Below, piece after piece: positions 13,513-26,057 of a DNA stretch of 64,000 nt. The notes below the pieces were generated by a model. That model saw only the letters and a program-made list of their open reading frames with translations. It had not been told where the DNA came from and did not search any database. Made by a program: the position numbers and the translations under genes. This DNA is from the human T2T-CHM13v2.0 reference genome, Homo sapiens: assembly GCF_009914755.1 (NCBI RefSeq), contig NC_060928.1; one strand, given 5' to 3'. Position 1 is the stretch's first letter. The number at the start of each line of letters is the position of its first letter.

Positions 13513-14943
13513 ACCACAAAAATAAAGACCATCAATTTGAGGCCCCTTGCTATTTAGAATAGGCTGTGTAATCAAAAATTTAAACTACTGTAAGTATATT
13601 GAAAAGCCCTAGTTAAGCATTTTCCTTAATGTGGCCCTTCCACTTTACCCAGTATAGCCCCATGGGGAAAACATATAAAACAGAAAGTTTTACCGTGCAA
13701 TACATAAGAGAATGTAAGCCTAATTACATGAATTTGCCACCCTGGAGGTTAGGTCAAGGGTTCTCTCATTACAAATGGTACAGGACAGACTGCCCACGTC
13801 ACAGTCAGTGGGGAAAATCCCCATCCCAACCAGCTGATAGGGTACGAGCACATTCCTACTGAAGAGCTCACTTCTGAGGGAAAAGAATAAATCAAGCATT
13901 TCTTATCTCTCTCCGACAGGACAGGTAGCCCAGGTGACTTGTGTCTTGCCAGATTTCTTGGTCTGCCTATTCTAGACAGTTACCACCACCCTGAATCTGA
14001 TGAACTATTGGATGCCACCTTTGCCTAATCCTGCAGGAAAACATCTTATAACTATGTCACTGTATATCACAAATGGACATCTCTCTAGCCATAGAAATTT
14101 CTACTATCCCAGGTGTCCTAACCTTACTAATTTAGACCTGATGAATTACTGCAACTGGACTCTGTCACTGAAGAAATAAAACACCTTCCTAAATATCAAC
14201 GATCTCCTATCAAAGATTCTGGCAATGGGGTCAACTGAACATCTGGAGGAGGGGGCATGGGATGCAACACTGGGGCTATTTTGTCCATGAAAGCAAGAGT
14301 CTTCTCCTCTGCCATACTCATCCCCAACTCTGCATAGACTGTTTAATTACATTCATGGACTCTGTCCACCAGGAGAGACTTCCAGTTGGTTGAGTCCCAG
14401 AGCAGTCAGTGATTCTTACACTCAATTCCCTATGTATTTCTTCTAAACATGTTGGTTAGCCTATTGTTCCCCCTCTTGTTATTCACCACCTTGGGCAGCT
14501 GCCACATTGCCGCCAGCTTGTTAGCACTAGAAAAGTCTCAGACAGTTTAAATAAAGCCAGCTTTGTGAATTGAGTTTCCAGAGAACACTAGACACATAAA
14601 ATAGTTTTTAAAATCTCTTAAAATGCGGTTTTGAAGGGGCTCTAATCCAATTTTATAACCTCTAGTGGATGCCAGGTGACTGGCTTTTACTGTGCTTGTG
14701 ATCCATTGATTTCTTTCAAAGTAACCAGAGGTGAGAAGGGGAAGTTGGGATGAGGATAAGTTAAAACATCACAAAGCTAGTTGTTCTTTTTTTAATTCAG
14801 CTTTTTTTTTTTAATTGAATACATGCTCACCAGATTGCTGAAAGTTTTTGGCAAATTTCCAGAGATCTGAAAAAATTGATTTTCATTTTTTTTATTTTTT
14901 TTGGCCAGTTTCCTTGTTGTTTTTATGAATAAGAAAATATCAC

Positions 14944-15250
14944 GCCTGGCGTAGTGGCTCAGGCTTGTTATCCCAAAATTTTGGGAGGCTGAGTTGGGTA
15001 AATCACTTGCGTCCAGGAGTTCGAGAACCGCCTGAGCAAGATGGTAAAACCCTTTCTCTACAAAAAATACAAAAATTAGCTGGGCATGATGGTGCAAGTC
15101 TATAATTCCAGCTACTCAGGAAGCTGAGGTGGGAGGATCACCTGAGGTCAAGGCTGTAGTGAGCTGTGATGGTGCCACTGCACTCCAGCTTGGGTGACTA
15201 AGTGAGACTCTGTCTCAAAAAATAAATAAAATAAAATAAAATAAAATAAA
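14944..15250 (+). mobile_element. AluJ
   Basis: Dimeric Alu with J diagnostics 'aggtcaaggctgtagtgagctgtgat' and an (AAAAT)n tail. Confidence 0.95.
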
Positions 15251-15385
15251 GCTTTGGGCCAAGCTTGAGGATTGCAGTCAGGGACCATAGATTCAAGTTG
15301 CCATGAATATACACTCTGATCAGTGGCAGTTACAAGTAGAATTTTCAAGAAATAAAAGGCAGTTCCTGAGTTGTTTACCAATAAT
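15251..15385 (-). mobile_element. Truncated 3' LTR of a MER4-group ERV1 provirus (MER65-like)
   Basis: Paralogous to 16900-17040: shares 'tagattcaagttgcc(a/c)tgaatatacactct' and 'aaggcagttcctgagttgttta'. Confidence 0.8.
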
Positions 15386-15561
15386 ATATTTAAGACGGCC
15401 TGTAATATATTTAAGGCCTTCTTTGGGATCCTGGCATTTATCTCATTACTTAAATAAATATATGTATTTTAAGTTGATATTTGGAAGATATTTATCTATA
15501 CTATCTACATACTAAATATTGATATATATATATATATATCGATATATATCTTCTAAATATC

Positions 15562-16500
15562 CACTTTTAATTAAGCTGACCTCTGGTCATAGTGCTCTAA
15601 AAAGAAATCATTTCAAATCTCAACTTACTGGATTTCAGCCAGGACAAACAGGAAGTAGGTCTGTCATTTAGTTATCCTGGTTCTAAAACAGCTTTTTTTA
15701 TTTCAATTACGCATGCAAATGAATTATTTTAAATATTTCAAAGAATCCCTATTTTGGCTACTACTGATTGTGACTGTCCAGGTTAAGCAGGGCCACTTTC
15801 CTAGATATTTACAAGAGATTGCCTTATAAGTGGTATATATAAATCCATCTGATGTTTCTACAAAGAGTGTTCAGATTTTAAGGCTTGATTTTTCCATAAT
15901 TTAGGGAAAGTAATCAAGGCTGGGAATGTATTTTGGGTTGAAGTGTGACATGTCTCAGACTGTCTCTAACTGCCAAGTGGTAGCAGAGTGCTCAAAGTAT
16001 GAGGGATAAGACCCCAATATTATACGTGTCTAGAAGAGCAAAAAACAAGGTACACATTTCATTTACGAACTAACAGGAATGGGTCACAAATTAAAGACTA
16101 AGTCTGAATTTTCCAGCTATAGAAGACAGCTGTAGTCCTAAAAAAATGTTGTATAAAATAAAACCAACAGTGCCTAATTGCCAGTCCTTTGACTTGAACC
16201 TCTGCTGTGAGACCAAGGTGGAAACAGAGGCAGTTCTCTGAGGAGATCTTTACCTCATTCTCCTGTTCAAAGACAGAGACTGAAGCCCTCACTCTTAAAG
16301 GAAATACAGGGTTGGAAAAACAGTCCAAATAAAGTCTAGACCTTCAACCAAAGAGTGGGAGGTCCAAATTCAGGATAACTCACCCAAAACAACCCATGAG
16401 ACTTCTGAGGACAGAGAATTCCTGCTGGTACCAAGCCCCAACTTCAGAGAAACACAAGGTTTTCAGGAGGAGTCTCTGTGAATCCTGTTGACTTACGCCA
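15562..16500 (-). mobile_element. ERV1 (MER4-group) internal leader sequence
   Basis: Lies between two same-orientation LTR copies, directly downstream of the PBS on the minus strand. Confidence 0.7.
16480..16500 (-). other. Retroviral primer-binding site complementary to the tRNA-Ser 3' end
   Basis: Plus strand gaatcctgttgacttacgcca resembles tRNA-Ser(AGA/TGA) 3' end GAATCCTGCCGACTACGCCA; 8 nt from the LTR terminus tgttgac at 16509. Confidence 0.8.
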
Positions 16501-16508
16501 GATAATCC

Positions 16509-17283
<775 letters not shown>

Positions 17284-17708
17284 GTGAGTCCACATGTCTT
17301 AGGCACTGTATCTCAGTTGGTCCAGGATATAGCCAAGAAATATGAGTGTCATTCACTAGCCTCCACATGTCTGAACAGTATGTATGAAAAACACTATAAA
17401 AATTTTTCAGACTTAAGGCAAGAATCTCTACACTTCAAAAGGTTTAGTTGCAAACAAATTAACAAGAGCTCATTGAGAGTTCCCCTCTTTAGTATATATC
17501 AAATGCGATCTATATTTTATATTTAATTCAAATTCTTCCTCATAAGCAGACTACTTACGAAGAGATTTTGGTAAACACTCATCTGTAGACTATCTGACAA
17601 TACACTGTATCTGTATTAAAAATTAAATGGTTTTATTAAATGTTTATTTAGCTTTATGATAGATGGCATAGCTTCCCAAAAAGAGAAATGCATCTTCCAA
17701 AGAATGAA

Positions 17709-18127
17709 TGATATGATTTGAAGGTGTGTCCCCTCCAGATCTCATGCTGAAATGTGACCCCTCAATGTTGGGAAAGGGGCCTACTGGGAGGTCTGCAGGT
17801 CATCCAGGTGGATCTCTCATGAATGGCTTGCTGCCATCCCCTTGGTGATGAGGGTGTTCTCACTCTATTCATTCACATGAGAGCTGGTTGTTTAAAAGAG
17901 CATGGCCTTTCTCCCTCTACTTCCTGTCCCCTCTCACCATGTGACATGCTCGCTCCCCCTTTGTCTTCTGCCATGACTGGAAGCTTTCTGAGGCCTTAGC
18001 AGAAGCAGATGGTGGTATCATGCTTCCTGTACAGTCTGTGGAACCATAAACCAACTAAATCTCTTTTCTGGATATATTACCGAGTCTCAGGTAATTCCTT
18101 TATAGCAACATATAATGGACTAGTACA
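17709..18127 (+). mobile_element. MSTB-like MaLR solo LTR
   Basis: tgatatgatttg...ggactagtaca; TSD ATGAA at 17704-17708 and 18128-18132. Confidence 0.92.
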
Positions 18128-18200
18128 ATGAAGCCTAAATTTTTAAAATTTCTCAGCATGTTAATTCATAGAAAATGAAAACACATCCAAGTTGTCAAAC

Positions 18201-18782
18201 TGAAATAATAAAAAGGGTCAGAATCTAGTTTTAAAGAGTTAATTCAAGCAAAACCTGGGAATGGCTACCTGGGAGATAAAAACTCCAGTAAAATGGGGTC
18301 AATGCCCAAAAGTTAAAAGTTAAGTTATTGCTTATATCGGCAGAAAACAAAGAAGTTTAACAGGACTACATGATTTCCTAGCCATGGCTGGTTTAAAAGT
18401 TGCAACAAATTAGTTACAGTTCATTTTCTTTTCTCTACCACTTGTTTTCCTTTCTTTACAGCTGGTTGTCATTCTCTTTCCAGTTTAAAGAATGTATTTA
18501 ACAGTTCACCTTAAGACAATGTGATAGCCATGAAGTCTTCCTGTGAGAAACGTTAAGAGGGAGATTAATCTGTTATGAAGGTAAAAAATGTAGAAGGAAG
18601 GGGGCCTTCCCTGGTGCCCTTCAGTCATTTACATCTTACAAGATGATACAGATAAGGGAGAAAGATTAATCTGTAATCAGACAAAGTTTACAGCTTCCTT
18701 GGTTATAGAGGTCTATTATGAGACTTTAAGGCTCAAAAAATTTAGAGTTTCAATAGCCAAGACTTTTAGTTACTTACTTTCA
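18201..18782 (-). mobile_element. MER4-group ERV1 solo LTR (subfamily uncertain)
   Basis: TG...CA termini; 'tgaaataataaaaagggtcagaatctagttttaaagag' is a typical end for this LTR group. Confidence 0.6.
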
Positions 18783-18910
18783 TAAGATAACATTTATTGA
18801 TTGGGGATATAAAATATATTAAAGTATGATCTAACATCAACAGCAGGATAAACTAGAGGATAACTACTTTTGGTTGTAAATGTTTTTGTCACTTAAAAAT
18901 AATTACCCCG

Positions 18911-19282
<372 letters not shown>

Positions 19283-20039
19283 TTATGCTTATTAAATGCA
19301 ATAACATATAAAATGTAAGACATAATAAACATCAGTTGCCTTCCTGCTCACTAGAGAAACTAAATAAGTACTTTATTGTAAATTATTTATTTTAAATATG
19401 GTTTAATGTGTTTAGTAAAACCACTTGACTAATTTGTTATAGTTGTGGCTTATCATATTTGTAAGCCATATGTTCATTCCAAATATACGTGATAGTGAAC
19501 AGGAATGTTCTGTTTTGTTTTGTTTTTCTTCATGATCCTGGAGTCGACCATCAATGAAAAATATTAAGAAATATTATTTTTTTCTAATAAGAACTTGGCA
19601 GTGCTTGAAAACAGGGTTTATATTATGTATAACATTCTTATCTATTATATAATATTTATTAAACATAACATCCGTTCCACATTCAAACTTTAATTAACAG
19701 AAATAATCAGAGGTACAATTGGTGGGTTGTCTCTTGAATAGGAATGTCATGTAAATATTCGTCCTAGAGTTTAACAGAATCTTCAGGAATTAATAATACC
19801 TGAGAAATGTCTTCTCAACAAATTTCATACATTTGATTTTTCTGACGTCTTGGCTGAATACTCACATGTAGGTAGATGGTTAATTACCTCACTATAGGCA
19901 TTGTCAGATGAAAGCTTCTTTGTGAGTGCTTAGAATTTTAATACTGATCTATTCCTTCTCTACAGTGTAAGTTAAAACTTTCTTCTTTCTTAACTCTCTC
20001 ATATCTTCATGTATTTTAGATAACTCAATAAAAATTACT

Positions 20040-20230
20040 TGAATAGTTAACATTTATTGGGCACTTACTATATACCATTATTGCTATAAGGATATAGATG
20101 TTTATTAAATATTTATAATATCACATTCAGTTGGATGCTATTAAATTCCAAAGCTCATGAATAAGAAAACTGAGTTATAATGAAATTTAACACCTACTGG
20201 CCTATTTTCCTGGTTATTAAGCTAGTGTGT
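20040..20230 (-). mobile_element. MIR SINE (degenerate)
   Basis: 'aatagttaacatttattgggcacttactatatacc' and 'aagaaaactgag'. Confidence 0.65.
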
Positions 20231-20409
20231 CATTACATCAAGTCTACCCTGCTAATCTATTTTACGATCGATCCTGAGTTTGAAGCTCTGCAAACATTTC
20301 TCATTGCAAGTGACTTCTTATTACATTCTGACAATAGATGGTAACACAAGAAAGAAACTATAAGGCAAACAAAAGAAAGAAAGATTTTTTTTTCCTGTGT
20401 GCTTTCTAT

Positions 20410-20803
20410 TTTTGTCACCATCACCTGAATGGAAGCAGTCCACCCCAGCACTAGCAGTCAGTTCTAGCTTCCAGATCCTTTTTGCTCTCCAGCACCAGCG
20501 TCCTGGAAACCTTTCCTGGAATGAGTAGCAATTGGTTCATGATCCCTCCTTAGAGGTCTGATCTCCAGCTCCGCAGGACCACTCTTTTGACAGTCTGCAT
20601 TATGATAATCCAAACCTTTTCTCTTTACTCCCCCAGATTTAAGGGTGATAGATTCTCCTTGAAGTTATTATCTCTGACTCACCTTAGTGTTTTCTGTTTC
20701 TCGTTTAGTTTATTCAGCACCTATATAACCAACTCTTTGTAAAATTCCTTCATTTCAAATATAGTAGGGTTTCTGTCTTCCCTACCAGCCTCCTGGTTGA
20801 TAA
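20410..20803 (+). mobile_element. ERVL LTR (LTR33-like)
   Basis: 3' end 'ggtttctgtcttccctaccagcctcctggttgataaa' and 'gatccctccttagaggtctg' resemble the LTR33 group. Confidence 0.55.
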
Positions 20804-20825
20804 ACTCTCTTGGTTCATTTCTTGT

Positions 20826-20990
20826 TTATGTTATGTTATGTTATGTTATGTTATGTTATGTTATGTTACGTTACGTTACGTTACGTTACGTTACGTTACG
20901 CTACGCTACGATACGATGTTATGTTATGTTATGTTATGTTATGTTATGTTATGTTATGTTATGTTATGTTGTTATGTTATGTTATGTTAC
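20826..20990. repeat. Compound pentanucleotide microsatellite (TTATG)8(TTACG)7(CTACG)2 ATACG ATG (TTATG)10 TTG (TTATG)3
   Basis: Units counted directly; occupies the tail position of the adjacent antisense Alu arm. Confidence 0.97.
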
Positions 20991-21126
20991 TTTTAGAGAC
21001 ACTCTTGTTGTGTCACGCAGTGCAGTGGCCGGATCACAGCTCACTAAAGCCTTGAACTCCTGAATTCCAGAGATCCCCCTCCCTCAACCTCCTAAGTAGC
21101 TGGAATTACAGGCATGTGACACCATT
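20991..21126 (-). mobile_element. Old Alu monomer / AluJ right arm
   Basis: 'gtgcagtggccggatcacagctcact...aagtagctggaattacaggcatgtgacacca'. Confidence 0.85.
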
Positions 21127-21600
21127 CTTTCTTTTTAATGTTAGAACTCCTAATTTAAGTACCTTGTGTGGTGAAAAGTAAATTGTACGTTTTATGCTAT
21201 TTTGAATAATTATTGGTATAAACAAATGCAAATGCTTCTGGCAACCTGGCTGAGAATAACAGTCAACTAAGTAATGGGAATGACCTGACAGCTCACAGTG
21301 CCAAGGCCCATGCCAGCTAGAAAGGGTATGTAGCATGCCCACATGCTCATTTCTGTGTGGTCTTTGGCCTCCTGGGTTCTGACCAATATTACTTGTACTC
21401 AGAACCTGCCAATATATTTCAAAAGTGCAATTCTCCGTCAGTAAAAATTATGCCAATATCTGCCGTCCCTGCATCAACTCCTTACCTTCCCATGACATTT
21501 CATTTTAAAAATCTGAACCCATGGCTAAGATTTAAAAGAAGTTAAGCATTACCAAGCAAAATAACTCATAGAAATAGAGAGAGAGTGTGTGTTATGTTAA

Positions 21601-22010
21601 TGTGTTCCTGAGGGCTTGATATGCCAACTTCAAACACTGGAGGTTTCAGAATGACTCAGTAGCCAATTAGCAATGTGTGAATTTACAGTTTATTGAGAGG
21701 CCTTTACACACCAGCAATCATGCAACTGGTATTCAACACACACCGGCAGTTATAAAATGGGGGTAACACACCGAAGCTATGGCTCAGGAGTTCTCATGGG
21801 CAGACCCTCTGAAGGCATCACGAATACAGCCAGGTCCTGGCTGCTTTTATGATCCTCCCAGATGGGTCTGTTATGATTTCAGCCACCTTGCACTGGCTAT
21901 GGGTTCATTCCAGGTCTAGGATGGTACCAGGCAGCTGCAGGTGTTATCAGCTCAGTTTATTGTTTTATGGAAGAGGAGAACAACTTCACTGTGAGCTTAA
22001 AATGCTACTG
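21601..22010 (-). mobile_element. Possible old LTR
   Basis: GC-richer ~400-bp block; minus-strand TATA-like ataaaag (~21845) lies upstream of aataaa (~21690). Confidence 0.35.
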
Positions 22011-22249
22011 GACATGAGTGACTCCATTTTGAGACATTAAGATAGCAAATTATTATGATAGAGCAGAGAGATAGACGAGAGAAGAGAGCGAGAGGGAATG
22101 TGTCTGTGTGCATGTTTGTGTGTGTTGGGGGACAGAGGGTGTTGATGTTGATCCTACATGCCTGGTAATCTCCAATTTTAAGTCCATCCTGGCTGAACCA
22201 TCTGACTTAACCACACTGGACAGGTGGACAGAATTGGCTTTGTCATTTT

Positions 22250-22435
22250 CTAGTCCTTGGATTTTGAATAAATTACTCAAACTCCCTGTGCCTCAGTTTC
22301 CTCATTTCTAAAATGGAGATTTTGAAAGTATCCAAAATCAAGGATTATTGTAAAGTTAAGTGTGTTAATAAATGTAAAATGCTTAGAGCGGATTTATCAT
22401 ATGACAATTACTAAATGAGTGTCAACTAATTTTTT
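22250..22435 (+). mobile_element. MIR SINE
   Basis: Core 'ctgtgcctcagtttcctcatttctaaaatggagat' and 'atgtaaaatgcttagag'. Confidence 0.85.
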
Positions 22436-25400
22436 TATTATTTATACTGTACCCTAGACTTACATAGCCTGAAGAAATATGAATTACAAAAAAAGTATAT
22501 TCTAAAACACATGCAGAAAATGTCTAAACTATAAAGAGTTTGCTTAAAAATATAGAAAGTATAAATTTAACAAATGTTTGCCTTATGCTTGGTTTACTAA
22601 TGGGTAGAACTAACCCATGCATTACTATTTCACACTTCTGGAGAATAGAGTGCCTCAGGTCAAAAGAAGTGTGAAAACACTTCCTTCAACTTTCTATCCC
22701 TCATTTCATCAGTCCCATATGTTTTCAGAAGAAATGTGAGGGCAGATACCAACAGCATGGATAGTTTTCATACTACTTGTAGAAAATGACTGCAGATTAA
22801 CTACAAATGGTATATTTGTTTTATTTAGACAATTTTCTTAATCCCATAAGATTGGATCCAAATAATTCAGGTTAAAAAGACTTTTCATATTTCCACATTT
22901 TCTGTGCAGATCCTCCTGTCAAGAGACTTCTCTGACGATGAACATTTAGTTCAGAATAACTATTGTTATGATGTTTGAGTGTGGAAAAACAGAGAAAATA
23001 CATTAAAAAAATCAACTTTGCCAATCTGATTCTAATAATAGAATACTGTTTTTTTTGTTGTTTTAATGGAAACTTTTTCAACCAAAAATATGGAAAATAG
23101 TTATTTGAGTGTGTTACATTATCCTTTGAGGAAAATATATTGCAGAGAAATATAAAACATGAAGCAGTAGGTTCATCAATATTTAATCATGAAAAGCCTT
23201 TCTAATTCAGAACAGAGCTATGTCCTGGAACAGGCAGCTATGACAACACAGCACATGAAGGGAAATATCATATGTGTTCCCATATGGAGTTAATCTGACT
23301 CCTAGTTATTAAAAAAGAAAGTGTGAAGAGGTGTAGGTGTGGAGCCTACTTACATGTAATATCACAATGTGACTCATTAATACCTGCATTTTTATCTGGT
23401 GTAAAATGTAATCATCACTGGAGTTAATACCCCTTTCCTTTTCACAGTGAAAATCAGTCACCGTGATCCTAGAAATCTCTCTTTTCCTCTGTCTCTAGAC
23501 TTCATTCTTTCTCTCACTGATTCCCTCTTCTCTTCTCTATGTATCTAACATTTTCTCTATATTTTAAATGCATTTTTATTCCATGTGAAATGTAATAATA
23601 TTTTAATTGACAAAACAGCATGCTCTCCCAAAATATACAATTTTTATATGCTTATTTTTTAAGAACAGCAACCAACACCCTCAAAAGAAAAACAAACAAA
23701 AACCAGTGGGAAGAGGAAGTTACAGGGAAGCTACGTTCCTAAATGATGTTTAAATTGTTGTTTGTTACTAATTTCTACATTTGCCTCAATCCATCCCTGT
23801 TGAATCTCCATTTCTAGAAATATTATAACAAAAACTTCTGCTCCTCCTGTAAAATTTCCTATACATTAAAATCAAAGAGCTCCAAGAATTAGGTTTATAA
23901 AAAAACAAAAGAAATTGTCCTGCTTCGTTCTGTTACATTTTCTTGTATTTTTTAAACAAAACTCAATTTATCAATTCAAGAGAGGGTAGAACATCAAAGT
24001 AAAGGATGTTGCCATAAAAGTTGGAAATATTTCCTCTATAACAGCTTCTGGGGCTGATCTGCATAGCAAACTCTTGGTTGTTTATTCAGTGTGAAAGCTA
24101 ATAAATCTATTTGTGAGAACTCCTAAAAGGCAATCATTTCCAGAAAGAGCAAATTCTGGCAAAAGCTATTGTTTCAGCAAATCCAAATGACAACTGCTTT
24201 AATATGACAACATTTGCAGTTCTGAGGGCACAGTACATTTTGGAATCATAAAAGTAGCAACACATTCTGCGTGGCAAAACATACTGTTGTTTAAATCTGT
24301 CTTACTGCAATGAGCTGCTAATGCATATGTACAATTTATTAAGAGGGAGAAGAATGACAAATTATAAACCTACACAGATCTAGTCACTTTGCAAGAAAAT
24401 CTTTATTTTCTTTCTTTATTTTTAGCTTTTCGTCCATCTGTTTTGGTTAAACATACTCTCCAAATTCAGTTAGGAAATCTATCTCTGGAGATCATTCTCT
24501 CACCGTGTTTCTACTTTCTTTATGGGGCATGCATTTGATCTCCCAGTAACAATAACCTTTTACTTTATGGATGGCAGTAAACAAAACATAGTTATTTTTA
24601 CATTAATGAATTAAAATAAACTTTTTATTTTTAATATGTGTAAAAAGTAATGATTTGTGATGCCTTGGAAGGTGAAATTCGGTTTTCATTTAGTTTACCT
24701 CTTCCATTTCTTTCTCTCTCTCTGTTTTTTTTTTTCCGTCACTGGAATACAGTGCACTGAACGTTGTGGAAAATAAAAAGTTGATAGTCTTTGCCCTGAA
24801 GCTTACAATCTGAGAATAAAAACTTGAGACAGGCAGAATCAAAATAGCAAAGCTGTAGCAAAGTGAAGTAAACATTGTTAGAGGTAAGCAATAAGAAGGA
24901 AAAACAATATCCTGTAAACTTGGAAGTAGAGACAAAAAATTGTGTTTATATAAGAACTGCCAATCTCTCAAACTATATGCTCCTAGATGACCACTAACAA
25001 TCATAATGTGCTTAGATTTTTGGGGGGTTTTTGTTTTTGTTTTATTTTGTGTTTTTTTTTTTTAGAGATAGCTTTTTGTCTGGACTCTGATTCCTGCCTC
25101 AATCCATACTGAATAGCATTGCCAGGAAAACACAACGAATTTCTTAAGGCATTTGCTCACACACTGTAATCTGCCCTACTGTTTTCTATCACATTTAATC
25201 TAACTTTGTCAGCTAGTCTTTTAAAGTTCTCCGTGTTGTGGACCCACTTTCCTAATAGGTCCACCCTTCCTAGTTATTATTCAGACCAGATTCCTTGTGA
25301 CCCACTGCTTGATTGAAGTGCTAAGCTTTCTGTGCTCTACCTGTTCAAATCCCAATGTCACTAAAGTCCAGGTTAACATTCACCACCTCCACCATTCTAA

Positions 25401-26057
25401 TACTTTGCTATTTTATAGCTCCTGATTACTAAATTACACAAAGGTTTACCTTGTAGATTCCCAGTTACTCTTTATGCTTCTCCCTCAACTAGAGAATGTG
25501 CTGCTTGAGAAAATCTGTAATGTAATATGCCCATGTCCCTCAAAATGCCCTGAATAGAAAGTCTGTGCTATCCACTCAAAGCCATTCCTGTGGGAGCTAA
25601 TTAGAAATGAACATGACTATGTTTCTTAGACAAGTTCTTCATTAATAAGTATACAAATATAAATGATGAGTTAAGGAAAATGTGAATTTATGCACTTTAA
25701 GCTATTAATGTTTATTCTTAGAAAAAGTGTTTGGAATAAAACATTTGACTCTTGGACATGTTTCCATAATAATATTTTTTTTCCTAATTTTCTTCCATGC
25801 AGTTCCATCCTAATTAATGTGAAGGGAAGGAAAGATTTTCTGTTATAATTTCGAGTTGACATAATACAAGTGAGAATAGTGTGTAGTCTCTTGAATATAC
25901 ACAGATATACACACATATATTGAATTCAGCTAACATTTTAATTATTAATGGGCCACACTGCTTATAACTAGCACACCAATTTATCACACTCATCAAACGT
26001 TTTTCTTCATAAATAACTCTTATATGTAGGATATGCAGGCACATAATCATATGTCTT

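Noticed and set aside
16480-16500. tRNA-Ser gene
   Set aside because: Only the 3' ~20 nt including CCA match, and they sit next to an LTR end. This is a primer-binding site, not a tRNA gene.
20826-20990. CRISPR-like or telomere-like array
   Set aside because: There are no unique spacers and the unit is not TTAGGG. It is a eukaryotic STR derived from an Alu tail.
20797-21063. Repetitive 'CYVML/RYVTL' ORFs
   Set aside because: These are an artefact of translating a stop-free pentanucleotide microsatellite.
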